Origin: Tubiluchus corallicola
Taxonomy: Eukaryota; Animalia; Priapulida
Direction of reading: 5' to 3'
DNA: 64,000 nt
Assembly: GCA_030141605.1 (NCBI GenBank)
Contig: JAQGDQ010000124.1
Coordinates: forward strand, 62,001 to 126,000
The stretch's first letter is position 1, and the number at the start of each line of letters is the position of its first letter. Positions 35,401-46,358 of the stretch are shown in pieces. Both the position numbers and the translations under genes were made by a program. The notes under the pieces were generated by a model, which saw nothing but the letters and a program-made list of their open reading frames with translations, was not told the origin of the DNA and searched no databases.

Positions 35401-38400
35401 AAAAACCACTAAAATTGGCAGTGTTTCGCTCACTGCTAGAACACCAACTAGAAACACCATCTTAGTGGCACTTGGGTTGCAAATGTATAACTTTTTGAAA
35501 GGAGAAACCAACTCACACGGTGATGTGGGTCTCTTTTACGATCTCCTTTACTATTTACAAACACCTTTACCAAGATGAAGGGTTACAACTTAATTTGGGG
35601 GAATATTTCTTCTGGACGACCCTGTAGTTTATCAGAAACAAGTGACAAGTGTTAGATCAGAATACCCCACCAGAGGGAGACAGCATTGCGCTGTTAACTC
35701 CACTCACTTTCCACAGAAAGTTTCCATGCTCCCGAGAGGAAGCAAATGGATTAAATGATCTATAAACATGACCAATGCGCGAACACGGAGCATCCATTAT
35801 ATAACCATGACATTGCCAAATCTAAAGAAGTATATAGCAAAAATTCGACAGCTTATAATCATTTGCATTTAATCACATAGAGTTTCGATTTTAAAAACTC
35901 TTAAACACGTAAATACAGTCAGGTACATTGTTCAACAAAGTAAAACATTTAGCAATTTCTTGCTAAACTGAAGGCTTTTACTATCATTATTGACTAGAAG
36001 AATGATACGTTTAATTATTTAACTTATTCTCAAAATTATTTGTTGACAAAGGAATAAGCCTGCAATTATGAAATTATCCAAACCTGATTATTGTGCATCT
36101 ATTCTATCAAGCTATAATTATTACACTGAAAGATAAATATCTATTAATATACAGTCTGTAAATCCTTACATTTATTTAAATCAGTCAATTATTTATATCA
36201 TATCTTCTGATAGCAACAACACCATCAGAAATAAACATCATATTACCAAGTTTGAAATACAATAAAATTGCAAGTTTTCTGTTTAAAAATTTCGAAAGAT
36301 CTCCCAAAACATGTTACTTTGCCAGAAGATGCAAAATGTAATAATAGTAACAGTACATTCTGAAATATCTGATTATTGTACAATTATGCAAAATGACATA
36401 TTTACTAGATGCGAAACCAGCATTTACCAGTTCACAAACGCAAGTGAATAAATAAGTCAATGAAATTATGTGCACATTTTACCTTGAAAGATAATTCGTA
36501 CTGCTCTCCACCCCAAACATCCAAACCAGGGTCATAGCCACCAAGTTCCCAGAAAAAGGACCTGTCTATGGCAAATAATCCTCCAGCCATTACAGGACTC
36601 CTACAAGCAGACAATATGATGTAAATTTTAATTTGAGCTGTTAATAAATTAAATTAAAGTATGAACCCGACTTTCTGCCAAGAACACAAACTAGTCAGAA
36701 CCTCCACTTGCTTAAACACAACAAGTATGATGATGTTGCTTATTTATATATACCTCCATAGGTGTTCGCACAACCACATGAAGCATCTAATTGAACCTCT
36801 ACTAAACCAGATAAAGCATGATAATTGCTTATGTTTGCATAACAGCGGATTTTATGTAGCATTCAAAGGTAAGTATTGACTGAAACTTTGGAATATTACA
36901 CACAACGTTTTAATAATCAGGTGTAAATATTTCAAATGCATCTAATTACATGTATGTGCTAGCATGCACACATTTTCATGCAATAACTTACTTGAAAGGC
37001 TGCGGCATGTTTACTAAATCTTCTTGTAACAACGGGAGTCGTTTGTAGTAGAATTCCCAGTCAAAAGACCCCCTAGCACCCTCGTCCTGAGCTCGATATG
37101 CAAATGTTTCATAGTCAATCACATCAATAAATGGACAGACAGCTGTACGTCGGTTTACAGCTATAGGATCTGAAAGAAAATTTGTACAGAAACTGCAAAG
37201 TAGCATTCAGATCTGGAAAAAAACTGTGAAAAGTCATTGTACAACAAAAAATACGGAAATTATTAATAGCAGCAAACAGAAAAATAAAAGTTGTAAATGT
37301 ACTGCAGGGTTAATATATTGCAATTAATTATTGGAAATCAAGCTTGATTGTCGCTTTACTTCATACCTTGCACATACCTTAATCTATCGAATAATCTTAT
37401 TGTCCATACAGATAATGTACGTCACAAACAATATGCTATGTAACACAGAATAGATAGTTACTGAACTTCATAATTTTGATTTTGGTCAACTGACAAAGAC
37501 TTTATGAAGAGGCTTATAATCATAGCCGCAAAATAAGCCGGGACACACCGATCCTTGTTTTTGATGAAAGCCGAAGATAAACAATTTTTCCCAGTTGGTA
37601 TGAATGTACCAAGTTTGATGGAAATGGGATCAGTGGTTTCAGATGCACAATGTAAAGAATTTGTATAAACAAATCTCCTCACTTTTTGGGTACAATGAGG
37701 AGAAATTGGAGATAAAAAGTAGAAATGACTAAATATAATATTGAAAATTATGCAAAGCATAACAAGTTTATTGTACCGATAACAAACTATGCTATAAAAA
37801 TGTATGCAAAGCATTCTTAGTTTTTGCAAAAAGTACTTTTAGACACAGAAAGGTACTTTGTATAAAAGTGGAAATCTTTCATGCCAGGCAAGTCAGACAA
37901 AAGATGTTTTTCTTTCATTCGTTTTACCATTAATATATTGCACAACACAAGTACAAATTAAACGCAAGAAAGCGAAAAACGAGGTTATTTAATATAACTA
38001 TTAGCACATTACACTTAGTGCATTATTGATTACATCATAATAGATGACTTTTTTTATTTACCTAATAATGGAGGTAACCAGTTGATATTAGCTTCACAAT
38101 GTGAATCTAGGAAGATCAATACATCACCAGTAGCTGCCTTTGCTCCTAACAGACGTGCTCGTATTAGACCCTCTCTTTTCTTTGCTCGCACCACTCTAGC
38201 CTTTGGAATGTTTTCTTTTAAATAGTTGTCTAAGAAGTCTTTTAAAAATTCTAAATAAATACAAAAATAATTACAGATAGTTAAGTAATAAGAATTTGGG
38301 TTCATCGCCTTCACCACGATCGACTCAATAAATCTCATGAATATATGAATTAAAGAATAAAGCTTTCTGGTTAAGTTAATTTACATTCACAAGTCATATA

Positions 38401-41400
38401 AAAATGGTGACTATACACTATACATTAAGCAAAATCTATTTCGAAACAATAAGACCTTCATAAACCAAAATACCACTCAGTAGAGCTCAGACCTCCAGCA
38501 AGGCCTGCAAAGTACAATTCACTACTACACAGTTGCTTAAGTTAAAATGCCACAAATTGTTCTGACCAATAACAATGAAAACATAACTCAATGGCATAGG
38601 TAACCATAGAACCTTTGAAACATTAATTGACGTTTAGACAGGTATCATCTCCATTGTCTACCGTAGTTTTAACTTTCTTAGCATTAGTGCTGCATTTGGT
38701 CTTCCGGCAGTCTTAAGGCACATTCAGACTAGTGAGTTTTGTCACCAAGTTAATTTGCCAAGTAACTCACAAGCATGTTGAGACTAGAAAGCAAGACTTG
38801 CTGTGAGTTACTGCGAGTCACTCTCTATTCACTGCGAGAAGTGTCGAAAGTAACTCACAGAGGCGCTCACACTAGACAGTAACTTGCAGGAAATTAACTC
38901 GCAGCAACTGTCGGAGAGTTTGGAATAAATTATCGGCAGGAACTTGCAAAGCAGTTCACAATGCAAGTTTGCTGTCAGAGAGAAAACTCGTGACAGAACA
39001 CTTGCTAGTCTGAATGCACCTATTAGGAAAGGTGAGTTAACCCCAGCTTGAACCCTTGCATCCGTTTGGGAAGTAGGGTAGGAGATTAGCAGCGGAAACC
39101 TGAAACTGCCCAGGTGAATTTCACCCTGATGACCACCACATTTATGCATTTTTCTATATTTAACATTTTATTTGATACAAAACCCAAGATATGTGAAACA
39201 ACAGTAAACAATTACAAATACCAATTACTCTGTATCAACGCATTTAACTGTAACCAATCGTAAACAGTGACTACATGGCTATTTTAGTTTAGTTTATTCA
39301 ATTCAATCATCCCAATAATGTTTCAAAGGTAACCAACCATTTTATGTGTTGTTTTTACTGCGACTATCATTTCACGTTGTAGCCTGTGCACCTATTTGTA
39401 TTTGAAATGAAAACTAAGCACAGGAAAACTGGCGCACACAAAAATACTTCACTCCAATGCATGAAACCCCATAATATTTATTGTACAGCATCATACGTTC
39501 CTAACCTTTATTGCTAAAATCATCTACTAAGATTATCTCTTTTATAAGGTGTGGTGGAGATCTGTTAATAACACTCCATACAGTACGTAGGAGGGTTGAA
39601 ATATGTTCGTTATGGAATGGTACAACTATACTAGCATCAGGTAGTTTCTCTAGGTACTTCATTGTCTTGCAGCTAAAAGAAAATCAAACAAAAACGTTCA
39701 TACATCATTTTTCAGTTGCAACTGCTATCAGGTTAGTAACTACTTATATGGATGAGCTGTACCAATTCACTGATCAAGCCAATGCTCAGGATTATAATTA
39801 GTGCAATGTTCAAATTAACATTTTTTACTTCTTAAAAATTTGCCCTTAACTCGGTATCCACTTATACAAAACAAGAGATATTTAGCTAAATATGAAAGTG
39901 TTAGAATTTTAAACAAATTTTAGCAAAAAGCCATCTTAACATATGGGCATGCTTTGCCCTGAGGGACGCATAAGCATAGTGGCCCCATAGTAATCCATGT
40001 ATGCTGTGGCTTGCTGTCAATAAATAAATACCATGCTATACTAAGCTATAAATATTTGTTATTATGTTACAAGTGGACATTTGCATTAGTCAAACATTTG
40101 CTGTACAGCACGTTTTTTAATGTTTAAACACTGATTTTGTTGGAAGCACCAACATTATGTTTATTTTATTGACCATTTACATTTTTATTCTTGTGAGTGG
40201 TTGTGTAGTTAGGAGCCCCAGTACACTGTTCTGCCCGGGGGCAATAATAGTGTTAAGGCGGTCCAGAAAATCGCAATTGAACAACTTTCATCACAATTGA
40301 TTTTAGACCATATGTAATACGGCATGTCAAACAAATGTACAGGATTCCAGTATACATTTTAAAAGTCAACAGTATCTTCCTTTTGCATATGACAGTTGTA
40401 CAGTCAGATGTCAATGTGTATTCACCATTAACATCTGAGGTGATATTAAATTTCGTGACAAAATACGGTGCCAACATAATTCTGAACAGCATAGATGCCG
40501 AACTTTAATCTGATAACCTATATCTATTTAATTATAGGAAATTAAAAAAGCCTCTAAGTGTATGTATTGCATACAGATGTAGCTAGCATTTAATAAACTT
40601 CACAAAAATCTTTATAAACTTGAAATTAAGAGTTGCAAACACTAAGATTAAAACGGTCTGGTATAATTTTTATACAAAGTTCATGTATATGGTACACATA
40701 GCAAATGCACAATATCCGTACCTGTACAGAAATTAAATAACATGCTAACAAAGTCAATATGTAGATAATATAAGAAAGTTAGATAATAAAATTTACATTA
40801 CAAAGGCTTACCCCGTATGCCGTATGTCAGCTATAGACCGGTTCAATGGTATTTTGTCACTGGCAAGAGCATTAAATCCATTAACTTTATACAATTCCTG
40901 CTTCTCAGACTCGTCTGACGGTGATAAAACCAAAGCAACACCATGTTCCCCGGGTCCTGGGATAAAACACAAATGAACACAAACAAACTGATTTTAAAAT
41001 CATTCAAACATTTATTTTTAAAATTTACAAAAAATGCTCAGTTTTTTAAAGGAGAAGAAAAGAGAACTTTAAAGTACATCCCAAAATCCCAAAAACTATC
41101 CAAACAAAGTTATATTACATGGAAAGCTTCATTTCAGCTGACAAAATCCATGAAGGACAAAAGCTCTTGTGAAAAAAAAATTGAGACTTTTGGGCGCTTT
41201 GTCTTCTTTACAATTATTTTACTTGGCATAATGATTACCTGTTTGAAAGACTTATATAATTGGAAAACAAAAATTCTTTAAAATTTAAAATATTCGCACA
41301 ACCTAGTAAAACAGCACAACATTACCATCCCAGTGTGCACCACTGTTTCACCAAAAAACACATTGTTGTCCTTATCGACTATATAAAGTAATTAAAACTT

Positions 41401-44400
41401 TTGCTTCGTTAGCAAAAACTGTGCTACGAATGCTATGATTCTTTTTCAAACCTTTCACAATGTTATCTAAACTTATTTCAGACAACTTGCCATTAAAATG
41501 GTTGTACTTAACGACCATCGCAGGAGTTTAAACTTACATGTTTACACAGCATTACTGCTAACACAAGCTTTGTATTCAATAAGACAGTATGTCAGTGATA
41601 CAAAATCTCAAAAAGATTTTTTAAATTTTATTTATGAAGAGTGTTTCTTGTGCTTTAACAAAACATTTTGTACACAAACCTTTAAGGAAATGAGGAACAA
41701 CAGTTGCTACATTGTACGTTAATTCTGATAAATGCCTACAGCAGTAAATTAGGTTAATTTAAATATGTTTATACTGAAAATTGAAAAGCAGCAAAAATGT
41801 CACTGAAAATGAATGTAAATATGAAATGTGAGACATTCGTGCATTTGCTTGATAAAAGCACATTTTCATATCGGAAAGAAATACACGTGAAAAAAGAATT
41901 GTAAACATAAAAAAATGAAAAACCATTATCAGATGCAGTCAGCCATGTTGCATGCAGTCACATGCATTTATGATAAGAAACTTTGAAATACAAAACTAAA
42001 CCATATTAAATAAATATTGAAGTCTTTAACACGTAATCTACACTAGACATTTCTTATTTTAGCGGTGAAAGATCAAAAGCAACTGGACATGGCATCACGC
42101 TGGACACATAAGCAATGTTAAGCTCTCCAAACTTCCAAAAGTTTCGCTTTTCCGCAAGAATAAACAAACACAGGACAAGAAATAACTGTGAGGACTCTCA
42201 CGCAGGATGTCCTGCAGTTAGAAGACTTACTCCTAGTCTTACAGAGTTTCAGAACCCTGGTCATGTGGTGCTACAGTCAGTGAAAATGCTAAGCTGGCTG
42301 CGACACTCTGACAAGCAAAATAAAAATGAAAACATTCCGAACCTACAGCTGTCCAAAAGTAAGTAAAAATAAAATATAAAATGTCACATCTTAAGCAACA
42401 AAACGCTTGTAAGCACACAAGTTTGATATTACTCTATTTTAATCAAGTGTCAGACAAAAAGACAGCTGCCCTTTTACATAAATACATAAAACCATGACTC
42501 TCAGCTACTACTGAAATATAATCTGTTAAAATCCAAATAAATAAAATGCCACTTTTCAACTTTCGAGGACGTTAACCCCAAACAATCTTAATCTAATACT
42601 TTCATTAGCGCAAAGAAGTTCTAATTCTGTTTAAAATTACCAGGCCTGTAAAATAGATCGGCAGATGGCCTGCAGATTATAAGATAAAGATCGATGCCAC
42701 ATTGCAGCATGCTTCTTGCTAACAAGAATAATGGTCCATGTAAGACAATTGATGCCTCGCTTGGCTGGTTGGGTTGTGAGACAGACAAATACAAAAATAA
42801 CTTAAGAAGCCACTAGAGGAAAACTGAGCACTGCTAATGTATTTTGTTTAGAACAGGTCTTGAAACTGGTCAAGCTCATCGTGTAGAATGATCAAGTTAC
42901 TATTGTTACTATGGTCGGTACATTTGCAGGAATGTACATTCACTGCAGTGAAGTTCAGGAACTAGGCAACCATACTGCATTTATTAAACAATGCTAAACT
43001 GCTTTAAAATATAAAACAATTGATCTGCATGCAAAAGAAAGGCTTTGAAAGAAACAGTAACACTTTTTTGCATTATCTTAATTTAAATACTGTAAACACA
43101 AATTTTTTGTGAACTTTTATTTTTAAATTGCGAGAGTATAAACATTTTTGACAATTTTGTAAACATTTTATTTTACTCCCCAATTTCTTTTTATTGTGGG
43201 ATTTCCAAATATTTTTAAGAATCTCCAGAAAATTATCTGGAAAGTTGACAAGTATAGCACACCGGTTCAATACCACTAACAAACTCGTCTAGCTCAATAG
43301 TAATAACAGCTGAATAATCAAGCTATCAAGTAAAACAATAAAAAGCCAGCCAACTTGTCTGAACCTACAATTGGGTACAAATGACTTCAACATATTTGCA
43401 CAGGCCGAGGAGTTTCTATTTTGCAAGAACTGTTTACATTAGTTAACAAGACCACGAGGTGCCGCAGAAATGAATTGATTTATTGCTGGCTTCAAGCTAT
43501 TTGATATAATGTCGCTCTCATTTCCGGGCTGCTGGCAAAAACAGCTAGAAAACAAGACTGTCTTAGTTGATCAAGAAGCCGAAACAAACACGGAAATGAG
43601 TAACAGACGAGTATTAAACTGAAACCATTTGCACTGTTGCTGAAGCCATTTGCACTGTTGCTGCAACATTAATTATGACAACCGGTTCAGGCAAACCAAC
43701 ATTAATGTCTTGAGAGACATCCATATATATTTTCAGACATTCTCACACTTCAACAAAAAGCTCTTTCGCAGCGCAAAAAATGCCAAAATTTTAATTAACT
43801 AGCTAGTACATCGCAAAAAATATGTCACTAACAGTAAGAAACCAGAATTTTTTGATCATTATCAGTCAAGCTAAAACCCAGTTTGCTGAAGAAGCAAACT
43901 TTGAAAAACTCAGAACTAATCGGGATTTGAACTAGAAAATTGGAAGTTAGCATACGGCGATGATGCTAACTTATGACTGCACCAAATAAGTGATGGATTT
44001 AAGTAGTAAACAGTTATTTTTCTCACATACAAAGGCCTAACGTATATATGCTTTTCAGTTTTGAAAAGTGAACTTTTTGTGTCTACATAATACTGTTATA
44101 ACTATGAAATGCCAGTTATTAGCATAATGAAATTAGTTACTAAACAATCACCTTCTCTCTTTTGTTCTTGTTCAATAGCTTTGTAATCATGCCAGTCTAT
44201 TCTTTTCCCACCAAATTTTGCATCTTGAAACTTCAGCACCTGAGAAGAAGAGGAAAATGTATGCATATAAATTTGGATTGTGAAAAACTGTAACGTTTTG
44301 TAGTATAGCATTCGACTTCTGTACAACAAGCATGAACCACTAAGCCATGCAGGCACAAACTACTATTAAGCAGAATTTCCAAAGAGAGACAGGTTCATCA

Positions 44401-45885
44401 TACTTTTGAGAGTCAGCAAATTTTAAAATAATTTGAAAACTATGAAATGAAAAACTGGTCTATTTACCGGGCAGTAGTCTAGTACCTTTGCAGCAGTAAT
44501 TTAGATTGAACACAGCCACATTATTAGTTTCTTTATTAATTGTCCCAGTTCTGGCTGAGGACCGACCAAAAGCTAGTTTAAACATATTAACACTTACATC
44601 TCACATATCAAATTAAATGCACTTTTAATGTCAAGTTTTGCAAAACTAGCATTTAATCAAAGAAGCACATTAATTTTTTACAGTCGACGTATTATCCAAA
44701 TACCTTTACACACAGCAAATGAATATTTTATTACTTCTACGTAATGCAGTTTGATAATACTATTAAGTGATACAAAGGAGAAGCATGGCAGCAGTGAAGC
44801 CAGTGAAACATTGGTTACATTATATACAGAGCTGCAAATGATTTAAAACCTCTATACTGCACTGCTTCTGTAGACAATGAAAACTGCAAAGCTAATGCAA
44901 TGACTGTAATTTTTAAGTTTAGTTAACAATTTTAAATGATCTTTAGGTACATTAAGGACATGTGCTAACTGTCAAGTCAGGAGACTAACTACTTCTGATC
45001 AAAGACAACAAATTACTAGGCAGACATTAGTTAGACCAGACTGATAGCTTAAATACAATACTTCAGCTAGAGTTTTAATAGATGATTTTTTATAGTAAAA
45101 AGAGTCACACCCATTGTCATTATAAGAATTAGTATTGACAAGAAAATGTAACAAGGAGCAAGTCTTAGACTAATTTTTTACTTTGTTTCCATGCATATTT
45201 TTTAAACGGCTTGGCACAAGTCACAATACAGCAGTCAACTATTTTACGAAAGGTGCATAGTGCAACGAGACCAAAACCTAGTTCATTCTCAAAAATAATT
45301 GACTAAGATGAGTTTTCGAACTGGCACGGGTACCACAGAGCTTTTCATTTGGATGTGTATACTTACATATTCTCTACAGCAGGCAAAGTAAAATAACAGG
45401 ACAGCAGTATTGCCTGGTACAACCACATAAACATGATTTTCCTGACAGTAATTCAAGCATTTACAAACCAGGTATAGCAGTACTTAACTTCTGTAGCAAA
45501 GCACACACAGTGACTACTCATGTGTAAGCACATTATGTCGTAACCGTGTTCAAGATTACCTTATTTCTATGCAGATCTAAGGAAATTTTTTACACAGGTA
45601 TAAAATTTCAGACAAGACAATGGCAAATAACTACCTATTAATTATACGTTGACATACCTTTGAATATTTGTCACTAAGCACTTCACCATTCTGAGATTTC
45701 TCTGGTAATATGTTCTGAGATTTAGATTTAACTGCCTCATTGCCTTTTAGCAACTCCCTTAGCTGGAGTGTGTTTGCATGATCAGGGAATAGCAAACGTA
45801 ATGTTAGAGGTCCAAATGTCAAGAGCACAGTCAAAAAGATGAGCCACTTTATTAACGTCACCGTATTTCTCCTCATTGTGTGCAT
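29454..45885 (-). CDS. GALNT10: Polypeptide N-acetylgalactosaminyltransferase, GALNT10/pgant6/gly-10 subfamily (617-618 aa per isoform)
   Basis: Exons 45885-45658, 44239-44152, 40956-40812, 39672-39506, 38250-38062, 37169-36992, 36600-36483, [one of 8a-8d], 32802-32581, 31691-31581, 30406-30263, 29606-29454 (TAG). All GT-AG and phase-compatible. N-terminal TM anchor, [21 protein letters not shown] (DxH), [34 protein letters not shown], and a ricin-B lectin with NQQW/TQKW. Confidence 0.95.
33259..33369 (-). CDS. GALNT10: GALNT alternative exon 8d: [37 protein letters not shown]
   Basis: ttctatag|ATC...AGA|gtaagc, 111 nt, phase 0-0; closest to the arthropod pgant6-type loop as I recall it (KF.PFPNPG.GDF.G.N). 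Confidence 0.92.
33434..33456 (-). promoter_or_regulatory. Intronic element antisense to GALNT exon 8 core (candidate selector / splicing-regulatory pairing site, upstream of 8d)
   Basis: Plus strand CACCATGCTCTCGAAgaGGCCAC equals the sense sequence of exon 8c CACCATGCTCTCGAAttGGCCAT, so in the pre-mRNA it is complementary (15 bp + 6 bp). Function inferred. Confidence 0.6.
34387..34500 (-). CDS. GALNT10: GALNT alternative exon 8c: [38 protein letters not shown]
   Basis: ttcgtag|ATT...AGA|gtaagt, 114 nt, phase 0-0; CTAAT branch-point-like motif about 25 nt upstream of the acceptor. Confidence 0.9.
34727..34746 (-). promoter_or_regulatory. Second intronic element antisense to GALNT exon 8 core (upstream of 8c)
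   Basis: Plus strand CCATGCTCTC-cagcg-GGCCA; same two blocks and same 5-nt spacing as exon CCATGCTCTC-gaatt-GGCCA. Confidence 0.5.
35095..35205 (-). CDS. GALNT10: GALNT alternative exon 8b: [37 protein letters not shown]
   Basis: ttcatag|GTT...CGA|gtaagt, 111 nt, phase 0-0, open frame. Confidence 0.9.
35293..35635. repeat. Long imperfect foldback in the intron between exons 8a and 8b
   Basis: 35293-35366 pairs with 35554-35635; inner core TGGTAAAGGCATTTGTAAA vs TGGTAAAGGTGTTTGTAAA; several sub-hairpins in the loop. Confidence 0.8.
35708..35821 (-). CDS. GALNT10: GALNT alternative exon 8a: [38 protein letters not shown]
   Basis: ctttag|ATT...AAA|gtgagt, 114 nt, phase 0-0, open frame. Confidence 0.88.
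38717..39020. mobile_element. MITE, possibly PIF/Harbinger-derived, in GALNT intron
   Basis: TIR GGCACATTCAGACTAGTGAG / CTTGCTAGTCTGAATGCACC (16/20); TAA/TAT flanks; internal AACTCGC/AACTTGC repeats. Confidence 0.65.
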
Positions 45886-46114
45886 ACAGTCAGTGACACA
45901 TATCGCTCATTTAGTAACATCTGCTGCAGCCTGCTTAAACATCATGCTCCTGTATAATTAATGCACCCACTTCAACACTTAGACTACAACAGCTTCACTG
46001 CAGCTCCAGCTTTGCCACACAACCTGGCTTCATTACATCTACATGATGGATATCTTCTCTGAAAACAGCGAAGAAAGTACATGTAAACTATCATTAAGTA
46101 CTGTGCGATTCTCG

Positions 46115-46358
46115 CAGGTATGTGTGCGGAGTACGTGTGCATATATATGGCGTGCATGGGAACTATACGTGTATGTTCTGTATGTGTATGTTCCATGAAC
46201 GCGGAGTATGTATGGATGCATGAGGCATTCGTGCGGAGTATGTGTGACAGCATGTGGGATGCGTGCGAAGTGTGTGTGCACGCATGTGGGAAGCGTGCAG
46301 AATGTGTGCCCATGCATGAGGGATGTGTGTGCATGTATTGGCATGTGTGTGGAGTGTA
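46115..46358. repeat. Low-complexity TG/GTATGTGTGCGGA-like degenerate minisatellite
   Basis: Repeated gtatgtgtg/gcggagta units; source of several overlapping His/Cys/Val-rich spurious ORFs. Confidence 0.8.
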
